Below are positions 22,447-33,689 of a DNA stretch of 64,000 bases, piece by piece. This DNA is from an uncultured delta proteobacterium (GTDB taxonomy: Bacteria; Desulfobacterota; Desulfobacteria; Desulfobacterales; Desulfatirhabdiaceae): positions 68,234-132,233 of the forward strand of contig CAWBKP010000009.1 of the NCBI GenBank assembly GCA_963789395.1, read 5' to 3'. The notes beneath the pieces were generated by a model that saw only the letters and a list, made by a program, of their open reading frames with translations, ran no database searches and had not been told where the DNA came from. Each line of letters opens with the position of its first letter. Position 1 is the first letter of the stretch. Made by a program: the position numbers and the translations under genes.

Positions 22447-22799
22447 GACAGGATACCCCGCGTTATGATGCATAATTGATCCCGATATTACAAAAATACA
22501 TGATTTGTTGCGAAAAAACTCCCCGAATGATCCCGTACCGTCAACCCTGCCGATAACCATTGAAATTCAAACCATATTGCTTTATCATGCACGCGTTCCA
22601 GTTGCCTCTGTTATGAGCAATTTGTCGAAATCCCTTAGTGGATATCAAAGCATATTCCGGATATGAGACATATACTATCACAGTTTTCATTTTTTTGCGC
22701 TTCTCACCGCATCTGTCATGCCAGGCCCGGCTATTCACGTTATATAGACCGGAAGCCAGGCAATGACTTAACGCCAAAATACAAAGAGGTGCCGATATT

Positions 22800-23829
22800 A
22801 TGACTTCCGCCGTAACGCTTCCGCCTGAACTGAAACCGATCACTGGTGCTAAACCCTGTCCCAGTGTGCTGATGGTCGGCGATCAGCCGACCTTCGCCCA
22901 GACCCTGGTGGAGATTTTTCAACGGGATCACGATGTTTTTGTAGCCAGCAACATCGTTCAGACATTTGAGAAGTGCCGCAGCTGCCTGCCGCAGCTGATC
23001 CTTCTGGATGCCGTTATGCCGGACATGGATGGCTTTGAGGCCTGCCGGCGACTGAAGGCCGACCCGGAGACAAAGGATATTCCGGTTATTCTCCTGATCG
23101 CGCGGGATAACCTGGAATCCGAAGTCAACGCCCTGGAGGCCGGGGCAGTTGATTTTATCACCAAACCGGTCACCCCATCGGTTGTCCGTGCCAGGGTAAA
23201 TACCCACCTGGTGCTGAAGGCCCAGTCGGATCTGCTCCATTCGCTGGCATGCGTCGATGGACTGACCGGGGTGGTCAACCGCCAGAGGTTCGAAGAGCGC
23301 CTTGAAGCCGAATGGCGCCGTTGCAGGCGACTCATAACCCCTTTGGCCCTGCTCATGATCGACATTGACAATTTCAAAAAATATAACGACATTTATGGAT
23401 ATCTGGCTGGAGACGCTTGCCTGCAAGCCGTGGCGGCCATCCTGAAAAAACAGATAGGGCGATCCCATGATCTTTTGGCTCGCTATGACGGCGAGGAGTT
23501 CGCCTGCATCCTCCCGGACGCCGATTTTGACGGAGCCGTTCAAAAGGCTGAGGCAATGGTCTGGGCGATCCGTGACAAAGCCATCCCTCATGCCGCTTCC
23601 GAGCACGGCTTCAGTTGTCACCATCAGTGTTGGCGTCGCCGTTACCATGCCCGGACCCGACCGGCACCCCAACGAGCTGGTATCCACTGCCGAAACACTG
23701 CTCCATGAAGCCAAGCAAGAAGGAAGGAATCAGGTCCGCGGCCTGGCGTTGGCGGGATATGCTTCGAATTCCCAGAAAAGACAGATTGCAGATATCAGGG
23801 TGACCAGGGGGTTGCCTCAACCCATTTAA
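22800..23829 (+). CDS. REC-GGDEF response regulator/diguanylate cyclase-like protein (frameshift near 23610)
   Basis: LILLDAVMP, DGLTG..NR, DIDNFKKYND.YG..AGD, RYDGEEF, TISVGVA, AKQEGRNQV. Confidence 0.85.
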
Positions 23830-23852
23830 GATATTCCAGTAATTATCGCATC

Positions 23853-24392
23853 ATGACAAATAAAAATATAACGCATTCGTGGATCCGGTCCATGCGGCAA
23901 CTGTCAGTGATCGTACTGGCGGCGGTGGCAGTTGCCTTGATTTCGAATCATTTCCGCTCGGCGCCGCTGCCGCTTGTGGGAAACTGGTCGCAGGAAGCGC
24001 GGCTGACATCCCCATCCGGCCGGCAGATGGCCATTTCCCTGGATGAGGCAAAGAATCTGCACCAATCCAATGGCGCGGTGTTTATGGATGCCCGGCCTTT
24101 GGAGGAATTCGCACAGGGGCATATTCAGGGTGCAATCAGCCTTCCGTGGCACGAAGCCGAACAGCGCGTGATGGATGTCACCGCCGATATGGCAAACGAC
24201 GCCGTGATCATTACCTACTGCGACGGAGACACCTGTGACCTGAGCAAGGATCTGGCGCTGTTTCTGGAGAATCTGGGATTTTCAAAAGTCCGGATACTGG
24301 TCAACGGCTGGACCGTATGGCAGCATGCCGGACTGCCGGTTGAGACAGGCGAAGATAAGAGACGGTTAGACCGGAAGATCAAAAAGAAATAA
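23853..24392 (+). CDS. membrane-anchored rhodanese-like protein
   Basis: N-terminal TM helix, DARP, GHIQGA, YCDGDTC, GWTVW..AGLP. Confidence 0.85.
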   Translation: MTNKNITHSWIRSMRQLSVIVLAAVAVALISNHFRSAPLPLVGNWSQEARLTSPSGRQMAISLDEAKNLHQSNGAVFMDARPLEEFAQGHIQGAISLPWHEAEQRVMDVTADMANDAVIITYCDGDTCDLSKDLALFLENLGFSKVRILVNGWTVWQHAGLPVETGEDKRRLDRKIKKK

Positions 24393-25899
24393 ATGGAACA
24401 GAGCACATTGACTCAAGATATCAACACAGCAGAAAATCAGGCACCTGAAAACGGGAAGGAATGCAGCATCCGTTCCACGGGGCATTCCAACGGCTGCTCG
24501 CACCACCACCCTCTTTCGGAGAATTCCACGGGCACAAGGCTTCTGATCACCCTTGCCCTGAATTTCATTATTCCGGTGATCCAGATCATCGGCGGCATTG
24601 CGGCACACAGCATGGCCCTGATTTCCGATGCCACGCATAATTTCAGCGACTTTACGGCGATTCTGATTTCATACATCGCCCTGAAAATCGGCAAAAAAGG
24701 CGCTTCCCTTCAAAACACCTTCGGATACCGAAGGGCCGAGATCCTGGCTGCCCTGTTGAATGTGGCGATTCTCCTTGGCGCATCCGCAATAATCGTCTAT
24801 GGCGCGTTTCAACGGATTCAAAACCCGGAGATCGTTTCCGGCGGCCTGGTCATGGGGATTGCGGCCATCGGCGTTATCGGAAACGGTTTTTCAGCCTGGC
24901 TGCTTCACCGGGACGCCAAGGAAAGCCTGAATGTGCGCGGGGCTTTTCTTCACATGATGGGAGACATGCTGACATCCGTGGTGGTGCTTCTGAACGGCCT
25001 GATTCTGATCTATAAGCCCTGGTACTGGCTGGATCCGCTTCTGTCCCTGATGATCGTGATATTTATCGTGAAGAACTGCTGGAGCATTTTAAAGGAATCG
25101 ACCGCCATTCTCATGAACGCCACCCCCGGGGATCTGGACATCCAGGCGGTGCAAACGTTTTTGCAGGATTTTCCGGATATTTCAGGCGTTCACTATCTCC
25201 ATGCCTGGAGCCTGGGATCATCCGGCGTGGCGTTTTCCTGTCATGTGGTTGTCAAGGACCAGCCCATCAGTCAGACCCGGCAACTTCGGGAAAAAATCAG
25301 CCACGCGCTTTTCCACGAGTTCGGCATCGATCACCCGGTCCTGCAGTTTGAAACCAATGCCTGCGGTAACGGGAACCTTTTCTGCGAAGATACCTGCGCT
25401 GCCGTAAGCCCCTCCCCAGCCGCACAAACATGGCGACAGCCGGACTGCCTGGACGGATAAGGCATGGCCCCGGCACTTTGCCCTTGCGGCAAGACTGATA
25501 CTGGGCGGGGTGTTTATTTATGCCAGTCTGGACAAAATCCTTCACCCGGCCGCATTTGCAGAGGCAGTGTTTAATTATCAGCTTCTTCCCGCTCAACTGA
25601 TCAACCTGATGGCCCTGATACTGCCCTGGCTGGAGCTGATTCTGGGCGTGCTGCTTCTTTCCGGGATCTGGCTGTCCGGAGCTGTCCTTGGGGTAAATCT
25701 CTTAATGATCATCTTCCTGGGCGCCCTGATCATCAACACGGCCAGGGGCCTCAACATTTCCTGCGGGTGTTTTTCCACCGAAACGACTTCAACCGGACTC
25801 TCCTGGTGGGTTGTCCTGCGGGACGTTTTCTTTTTCTGCCTTTCGGGTTATCTGCTGTTTGTACACCACTCTGATGGACAGACTGAAACAGCAGTCTGA
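24393..25899 (+). CDS. cation diffusion facilitator (CzcD/ZitB-like), probably fused to a C-terminal DoxX/MauE domain
   Basis: SDATHNFSD, TFGY.RAE, N.RGAFLHMMGD, HYLHAW, HPVLQFE; DoxX part RLILGGVFIYASLDK, LPWLEL, ARGLNISCGCF has no ATG of its own. Confidence 0.8.
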
Positions 25900-25971
25900 T
25901 ACGATTCAGGACAACTGCTGAAATCTTATTTGAATATATTGCTGGATGAAAGCGACTGTAATAAAACGGCT

Positions 25972-27134
25972 TCAAATATACCGGTCCACCATTTCGGTAA
26001 TATACCGCTCCACCCCTGGCGCGCCTTCGGAAGCCTCGATTTCCTGGATCAGCCGGCTGATTTTCTGATGCGTTTCGGAATCGCGTCTGAAATCCTCGAT
26101 GGAGCGATAGACGCCGCCTCTTCTGCCCAGCCGGAAAATGAGTCCGCTCTTTTTCGGAAAGCGCCTGATAGGACTGGATCACCTTCAGCATGGCCGGTTT
26201 ATCCTCGGGCAGTTTTCCGGAAACATCCTCGAGAAGGTTCATGATGTGGTCGCTGGACACCCTGCTGGTAATTCCGTCCAGAGCCTCGATGAATACCCGG
26301 ATTTCTTCAGCCAGCGCATCATCGGTCTGCATCACGAAACTGCCGTCTTTGAGTTTTTCATAAAGGGGAATCCGGTCCGGAACCCGCAGGCTTCTCAGGC
26401 GGATAAAATGCGGATTGATCTGGTTCAGCACGCGGGCCGTCTCGATTGCGTGTTCCCGCCACATGGCCTGCCCGCCAAGCCCCGGCATGACATATTCCGA
26501 CACTTCCATGCCGGCTTCGATGAGTTTTTGTCCGGCCTCGATATGAACGGCCGCGCTCACCCCTTTTTTCATGAATTTCAGAAAGCGGATCATATCCGGT
26601 TTCCAGGCCGATATGCACGCGGTTCAGGCCGGCTTTCCGGATTCGTTTAAGCGATTCCAGGGATTTGCGGGAAACGGTTTTGGATCTGGAATAGGTCGTC
26701 ACGCGGCTGATCTCCGGGAATTTCTCCCTCAGAAAGGTCAGAACCGCCACCAGGTCATCGGTTTTCATGATCAGGTTGTCGGCATCCTGAAGAAAACAGG
26801 CGGCCGTGCCGTAATACATCCAGACAGCCATTCCCCGATAACACTGGCTGAACCCGGAACCCCCCGAAATATGGGAAATCACCGCATCATCCACGGCGCC
26901 GTTTCTCCCCAGCTTGTGGGAAAGCTCCCGGATATCGTCCGCAATGTTTCGCGCCGTCTGAATATCCTGCTTGATTTCGTCAACGGTTCGAAGGGAAAAT
27001 TTCCGGCCCTTGTACACCGGACAAAACAGGCACTGATTCCAGGGGCAGTTGCGGGTCAGGCGAAGCAGCAGGCTGCGGGCTTCGTTGGGGGGGCGGATCG
27101 GTCCCTGTTCAAAACTGGAGGCTCTGACATTCAT
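25972..27134 (-). CDS. radical SAM protein, uncharacterised (frameshifted)
   Basis: PIRPPNEA, RNCPWNQCLFC, FLQDAD, GLETG, SDHIMN. Confidence 0.85.
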
Positions 27135-28263
27135 ATCTTTGTTCCTGTGTCCTTAAGAAGTCCCATGAATTTATGATTGGCGCCGGGAAACGGATACTGG
27201 TCCATGTCATCCGGGGTAATCCAGCGGAAATCGACAGGGCCGTTCAACCGGACCTCTCCGGAAATCGCGTGACAGATAAACACCTGCATTTGAATTTTAA
27301 AATGGGTATAGGCATGTTTCACCTGGCAAAGATGCGATACGATCCTTGCCGAAATCCCGGTTTCTTCCTGAATTTCCCGCACACAGGCATCGGCGGGGCT
27401 TTCTCCCTCCTGAATCTTTCCGCCGGGAAATTCCCATAATCCGCCCAGAAGGCCATCCGGCTTTCTTTGCGTGATGAGCATTCGCCCCTGATGGTAGACG
27501 ACGCCTGCCACAACCGGGTAGAGCGGCACCGGCGGCGCCTTTATGCGTTTGGGATAGACATCGACCTGACGGGAAGCAACCGCTGCGCAGAATGGATTGA
27601 GCGGACACTGGGTGCAAGACGGGTTTTGCGGGTTTACAGATCAGGGCGCCGAGTTCCATCATGGCCTGATTGAAGATTCCGGGCGCATCCCGATCCAGCA
27701 ATGCCGTTGCCGGTTCCTGAAATACCGCGTGCGCCCTGGAGCCATTTACCGGCGTATCCATGGCAAACAGCCTGGAAATCACCCGCTTGACATTTCCATC
27801 CACGACCGCAAACGGCTGATCAAAGGCAATGCTGAGAACTGCCGAGGCAATATAGTCTCCTACCCCCGGAAGCTGCCTGAAGGCATTCCAGTCAGCGGGA
27901 ATTTGGCCGGAATGCCGGGAAGTTACCTGAATGGCGGCTTTATGAAAATTACGGGCCCGGCTGTAATATCCCAGGCCCTCCCAGAGTTTGAGCACATCCT
28001 GCTGATCCGCGCGGGCAAGGGAATGAATTGTCGGGAATCGTTTCAAAAAACGGTCATGATAGGCGATCACGGTTTTAACCTGGGTCTGCTGAAGCATGAC
28101 TTCAGAAACCCAGATCGAATAGGGCTCCGGGATTCTTTCGCCACGGAAGGCTTCGGTGATTGTCCGCATACCAGGCCTGAAGGCGTTTTCGCCAAAATAC
28201 AAATTGGCCGGAAAGTGCTTGCGGATCAAGATGAAGTGGGGTCACAGACAATCCCGAATCCAT
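27131..28263 (-). CDS. mutY: A/G-specific adenine glycosylase with C-terminal Nudix domain (frameshifted)
   Basis: LPWR, SEVMLQQT, WEGLGYYSRA, LPGVGDY, VDGNV, NQAMMELGA, GLWEFPGG. Confidence 0.92.
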
Positions 28264-28267
28264 CAAT

Positions 28268-28708
28268 TCACTTGAACATGATCTGCCGGGGTTTTTCTTT
28301 TTCAGGCTTTGGAAAATGGATTTCCAGAACCCCGTCTTTCAGAACCGCCCGGATATGATCGGCGCTGATGCGGTCCGGCAGCGTAAATGCCCTGAAAAAT
28401 GAACCAAAACATCGTTCCCTCCGGTAACATTTTTCGCTTTCAACGGGGATATCCGCTGTTCGTTCTCCTTTTAATGTCATCAGATTGTCTTTGAGTTCAA
28501 CACTGACATTTTCCTTTTTTACACCCGGAAGGTCCGCCTTGATAATGACACCCTCCGCAGTGTCGAGAATATCCACCGCCGGTTTCCACTCGCATCTGGC
28601 GATTTCATCCTCGGCGCGGGGATCGGATGCGGATTCGGCAATCATCTGGTTGATGCGATTTTGAAGAAATCCGATGCGTTTCCACGGATCCCATCTTACT
28701 TGCGACAT
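28268..28708 (-). CDS. Hsp20/alpha-crystallin small heat-shock protein
   Basis: WKPAVDI, ADLPG, RRER.FGSF.R.FTLP, DGVLEI..PK; AGGAGG ribosome-binding site before the ATG at 28708. Confidence 0.9.
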   Translation of the reverse strand: MSQVRWDPWKRIGFLQNRINQMIAESASDPRAEDEIARCEWKPAVDILDTAEGVIIKADLPGVKKENVSVELKDNLMTLKGERTADIPVESEKCYRRERCFGSFFRAFTLPDRISADHIRAVLKDGVLEIHFPKPEKEKPRQIMFK

Positions 28709-28789
28709 ATTGATCACCTCCTGACAAAGATGACCGATAAAAAGCAATATCCTCGAAATCATTCTGGATTCTGAATTCTGACTCTGCCA

Positions 28790-28818
28790 AAAATAAATCG
28801 CATCCGGACGGCTGTCAA
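28790..28818 (-). promoter_or_regulatory. putative sigma70 promoter for hsp20
   Basis: minus-strand TTGACA, 17-bp spacer, TATTTT. Confidence 0.4.
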
Positions 28819-28833
28819 GGCAGGCCATCCCGG

Positions 28834-30571
28834 CTATGACTGAAAGACGGCCGTGTAGAGAAGGGTCACCATGCCGGCCAGAAAAAAATGGGATTCGACC
28901 AGAAATTCCAGGCGGATACCCGGAAGCATGAATCCGTTTTCATGCATGCTGATCAGCGCCAGCATGGCCGCGGGACAGATGGAAAGACCCAGCCCCAGGG
29001 CGGGAATGATTCCTGTCAGGCTTGAAGAAATGATCAGAACAGCCCATATTCCCAGGACCGTTTTCAGCATTCGAATGGATTTTTTTTCTCCCAGAAGAAT
29101 GGGAATGGTTTCCTTGCCGACAATCCGGTCCCCCTGCATATCCAGAATATCAAAAAAAGCCGTTCGGGCAAATGCCAGCCCCGTGGCCCAGAAAAACACC
29201 AGCGTTGTTTTCAGGTCAAATGGATTGCCGGCGGAAATGGCCGGCAAAACCGATGTCACCACCCCCCACGCAACCGCGATCAGAATGGTTTTGGAGCCGG
29301 AAATATCCCTTATCCGTGAATATTTTCCAATGAACAGCGTCTTTGGGATCAGTTTGATGTTATAGGAAAGCCCCAGAATACTCATCATCAGAAGCACCAG
29401 AAAAGTGGTGATGCCCTGGGAATAGGCGATGAGCAGCCCCGCGGCCCCGGAAAACAGGGCAAGACATATCAGAAACTGTTTATGTCCGCGGTAAAAAGCC
29501 TCCCGCTCCGGATCATTATACCGGTCCGCCTTGAGTCCGGTCAGATTGTTCAAGGTATGCATCGACAGCACATAGAGCATGGATATCCATACATGGGGAA
29601 GAAAATCGCCGATCCCCATCAGCACCGCACAGGCGTAACTCAGACACCCCGCGCCCGCGGCGACAAAAACATTGGTCAGGAGCAGGGCCTGCTGAATGGA
29701 AAAAACGATTTTCTGAATCCCGGCGCTGTTCTGGTACGGCAGTCTTTCCACGGCCCTGACCACCCGATTGATGATCCAGTTGGGGGTTGACGCGCCCGCG
29801 GTAATGCCGATGGTTTCCGCAGCGGACAGGGCCTTGACGTCCAGATCGGATTCGGTTTCGATGTGATAGGTTGCAATGCCGGACTGACCGGCAATTTCGG
29901 CAAGCCGCTGGGTATTGCCGCTGTTTTTGCCCCCGACAACGATCAGCGCATCCACCATTGCCGCCATTTTCTGAACTTCGGCCTGGCGCTGGGCCGTTGA
30001 ATCGCAGATGGTATGAAAGCATTTGTAGTGAGGGTGGCGCGCCTGTGCCCAGTTTTTGACAGCTTCAAACAGACGGGTATTCAGCGTTGTCTGGGCAACC
30101 AGAATGGCCTTGTCAAAATCGGGCAGCGCTTCAAGCTCTTCAATGCTTCCGGCAATATAGCCCTTGTCCGCGGCAAATCCCATCAGCCCCACAACCTCGG
30201 GATGGTCCCGGTCTCCGATGATAATGGATGCGTATCCCTGCCTGGCATGTTTCTTGATGATCGCCTGAACCTTGATCACTCTGGGGCAGGTTGCGTCAAT
30301 GACCGCAAAGCCGGCCTTTTTCAGATCCTTTTTGACGGCAGGCGGCACCCCGTGGGCGCGAATCAGCACGGTTCCCTCTCCGGCTTCAGGGATGATCCTG
30401 AATGATGTGAACGCCTTTTTCTTCCAGAAGGTCAAGCACCTGGGGATTATGGATCAAGGGACCGTGGGTGAAGATGGGGCCGCGGTGTTTGCCCGGAGAG
30501 TCCAGAGCCATTTCAACGGCTCTTCGCACCCCCATGCAAAAGCCGGCGGTCTTGGCGATGATGATTTTCAT
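28834..30571 (-). CDS. ispH: HMBPP reductase IspH fused to a UbiA-like prenyltransferase membrane domain (frameshift near 30430)
   Basis: AGFCMGV, IHN, RAHG, DATCP, HPEV, AQTT, TICDST, SGNT, TAGASTP; then ~8 TM helices with D.LDMQGD..VG..T. Confidence 0.9.
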
Positions 30572-30631
30572 GAATTCGGATCCGAAATTCGAATTCGGAT
30601 TTTGCCTGAACGGATCTTTCCGTTCAGGCGA

Positions 30632-30814
30632 CTACTTGAGGAAGATCTTATGATCCACCAGAGACAATGAATAGATTCGGGCTTTGAGAAATTTTTGATC
30701 TCCGAAAATACTGATCAGCCGGACCCCGTCATTTTCGGGTTCAACAACATCGACAGCTTCCATTACCAAACGGTTTTCTTCTCCTTCAATCAGATATGCA
30801 TTGGCTTCACACAT
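30632..30814 (-). CDS. CooT-family nickel-binding protein
   Basis: MCEANAY...IFGDQK...LVDHKI. Confidence 0.8.
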   Translation of the reverse strand: MCEANAYLIEGEENRLVMEAVDVVEPENDGVRLISIFGDQKFLKARIYSLSLVDHKIFLK

Positions 30815-30856
30815 GGCATCATCCTTCATGGTTTAGGGGTTTGTATTGTTGCGTGT

Positions 30857-31285
30857 TCATCCGGTGCTTGAATCAACAGGGTCGGACAGATTCTGCTGAA
30901 TCAGGGCTTCAATCAGCCTGGGCAGCGGAATCGGACTTAATCCGGCGATTTCAACATTTTCCTGAAAAAGCGGAATCAGAATTTTTTTGGCGGGACTGCC
31001 GGCAATGGCTTCGGCGATTCTGGGCGTCACTTCGCCCATCATGGCGTGCGCCAGGACAATGCTGAGCGGGCCGATGATCACATCCACCCTTTCGGCTGTC
31101 CGGACAATGGCGTTTTCGCCGGTCGCTCCCCGGTTGGCTCTGGCTTTGAGCATCTGCGATGTTGCAATGGCATTGGTGCCCAGAGCGATGATTTCGATGG
31201 TCTCTTCAAAAACCTCTTTAAGCTTTTTGATCACGGCGCTGCCAATGCCGCCGCCCTGACCATCAATAACGCAGATACGTTTCAT
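30857..31285 (-). CDS. DUF3842-family protein
   Basis: VIDGQGGGIG, ALGTNAIAT, GATGENA, GEVTP. Confidence 0.85.
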   Translation of the reverse strand: MKRICVIDGQGGGIGSAVIKKLKEVFEETIEIIALGTNAIATSQMLKARANRGATGENAIVRTAERVDVIIGPLSIVLAHAMMGEVTPRIAEAIAGSPAKKILIPLFQENVEIAGLSPIPLPRLIEALIQQNLSDPVDSSTG

Positions 31286-31349
31286 TTCAACTCCCATGAT
31301 TAATTATCAAATTCGAATATCGAAATCCGACACTCGGTTCAGACACGCA

Positions 31350-31872
31350 TCAAAGCTTGTCGGTTTTTATCTGATTCTGCCGCATGCGCTTGGAAAGCCG
31401 CCTGGAAGGACCTTTTTTCCGGGTTGTCGGAATCCAGCCGCCGTCTGAATCGTTATCCGGATCTCCGGAATTCAACTGGGAGGCCATCATCAGTTTTTGT
31501 TCAAACACCGGCGAGCTGAGCGTCGCGCACCCGAATGCGGCCGAATGCCGGATGATGTCCTGATCCGAAGAAACCACGATGGCCTTTTCCTTTTCTTTGG
31601 CCGCCATTCTCTTGATGACCGCATCGGCCAGCTCGCCGCATCTTGAAAAAACAATGCTGACGCCCTGAATCCGATCCCGGGACGGACAATCGCAGGGTGC
31701 GCTGGAACCGTCAAAGACAACGGTGATGTTGTGGCGCTTGACCCTTCGGTACGCTGCCAGCATCTCCACAAGCGCATCCCTGCCCGCCTGAATGTCCTGG
31801 CTTTCCAGAGCTGCCGAGAAATCCGGACTGACGGATCAGGTTATACCCGTCAATAATGATATGGATAGACAT
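31350..31872 (-). CDS. NYN-domain (YacP/Rae1-like) nuclease (frameshift near 31800)
   Basis: IIIDGYNLI, VVFDG, ADAVIK, VVSSD. Confidence 0.8.
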
Positions 31873-31881
31873 CGGGCTGCT

Positions 31882-32783
31882 TCAGGTGCGCTTCAGAAGA
31901 CCGATCAACCGATCCAGATCGTCATCGTTGTAAAATTCTATCTCCACCCGGCCCTTTCGGCCCTTGCGCTTGATCTTGACACGGGTTCCGAAATCCTGCG
32001 ACAGTTCATTGGCCAGACTGCTCAGATAGACGTCAAAGGATTTGGGAGGCGGACTCTCGGTCTTCGGGTTTCTGATTCTTGAGGCGTTTCACCAGGGCTT
32101 CGGTTTCCCGGACAGAAAGGCCTTTGGCGATAACGGCTTTCCAGGCGGCATTCTGCTGGGCCGGCGTATCCGCGCCCAGAATGGCGCGGGCATGCCCCAT
32201 GGACAATGTCCCATCCATCATGCTGGCCTTGATCGGTTCCGGGAGCTGGCGAAGCCGCAGGAAATTGGCAATGGCCGGACGGCTTTTCCCCACCCGGACC
32301 GCAACCTCTTCCTGCGTCAGATGGAATTCGTCCATCAACCGGTTGTAGGCCTCGGCTTCTTCCAGGGCATTGAGATCTTCGCGCTGGATGTTCTCGATGA
32401 TCGAAATCTCCAGAAGCTGACCATCGGAAACATTTTTGACAACAACCGGCACCTCGTTCATGCCGGCCATTCTGGCGGCCCGAAGGCGTCTTTCACCGGC
32501 AATCAGCTCGTAACCGGTTTCCGCCTTTCGCACCATCAGGGGCTGAAGAATGCCCTGTTCCAGAATGGAACGGCTCAGCTCATCGAGCTCTTCCTGAGAA
32601 AAACGGATGCGGGGCTGGAACGGATTGGGGCGAATCAGGCGGACATCGCAGGTAAAATACTCCCCGGAGGAATCGCTCCTGGGCAGGATCAATGTCCGGA
32701 ATCAGGGCTTCAATGCCCCTTCCCAGCGCCATTTTCTTTCGTCTTAAGGACCCGCCCTCATTTTGGAATTGTTCTGTTGTCAT
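31882..32783 (-). CDS. parB: chromosome partitioning protein ParB/Spo0J (frameshifted)
   Basis: ALGRG, PNPFQPR, IAGERR.RA, ENIQREDL, HTH, GHARA. Confidence 0.93.
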
Positions 32784-32808
32784 TTATCTCAAAGCTCAAA
32801 GTAACAGA

Positions 32809-33591
32809 TTAGGTTTTCAGGCTGGAGACCGAAGACTGGTCGATGATTTCCCTGGCCAGATCCATATAGCTGACCGCCCCTGCCGAGACAGCGTCATACA
32901 GCAGGATGGGCTTGCCGAAGCTCGGCGCCTCTCCCAGCCGGACATTGCGCGGAATGATGGTTTTAAAAACCAGGTTCTTAAAATATTTTCTGGCTTCATC
33001 CGCCACCTGACCCGAAAGATTGGTGCGTTTGTCGAACATGGTCAGCAGAATCCCGCCAAGCTTGAGATGCGGATTCAGCCCCCGTTTGATCCGTTTCATG
33101 GTCTGAAGGAGCTGGCCCAGACCTTCCAGCGCATAAAACTCGCATTGAAGGGGAATCAGCAGGGAATCGGCGGCAGTCATGGCATTCACCGTCAGCAGGC
33201 TGAGCGACGGCGGACAGTCCAGAATGATGTAGTCATAGGCGCCGGTCAATCCGGACAGAAATTCCTTCAGGATGTTTTCCCGGTTGGCGCTGGATATCAT
33301 TTCGATTTCAAAACCGATCAGCTCCACCCGTGCGGGAATCACCTTCAAAAAAGCAATCTCGCTGTCCTGAATGATCTTTTCAGCGGATGCCTCGCCGATC
33401 ATCCCGTGATACAGGGTCCGGGCAAGGGCTGCCTTGTCTATCCCGACGCCGGTTGTGGCATTGCCCTGAGGATCGCAATCCACAAGAAGGATTTTTTTTT
33501 GGGATACTGCAAGTGCTGCAGACAGATTGATTGCGGTGGTTGTTTTCCCAACCCCGCCTTTCTGATTCGCGATACATATTGTGGTTGCCAT
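32809..33591 (-). CDS. parA: chromosome partitioning ATPase ParA/Soj
   Basis: NQKGGVGKTTT, DCDPQGN, DCPPSL, QCEFYALEG, PRNVRLGEAPS. Confidence 0.95.
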   Translation of the reverse strand: MATTICIANQKGGVGKTTTAINLSAALAVSQKKILLVDCDPQGNATTGVGIDKAALARTLYHGMIGEASAEKIIQDSEIAFLKVIPARVELIGFEIEMISSANRENILKEFLSGLTGAYDYIILDCPPSLSLLTVNAMTAADSLLIPLQCEFYALEGLGQLLQTMKRIKRGLNPHLKLGGILLTMFDKRTNLSGQVADEARKYFKNLVFKTIIPRNVRLGEAPSFGKPILLYDAVSAGAVSYMDLAREIIDQSSVSSLKT

Positions 33592-33689
33592 GGTGCAAAC
33601 GGTATCACAAAAATTGGTATTTGAAAAGTCCAACCGAATATGTCATTGTATAGTTCAGTTTTTAGAGCATCAGGGAGGAGTTTACGGAA

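Noticed and set aside
28760..28792. possible CIRCE operator upstream of hsp20
   Set aside because: Starts TTGGCA on the minus strand but lacks the GAGTGCTAA-like second arm; better explained as heptamer repeats.
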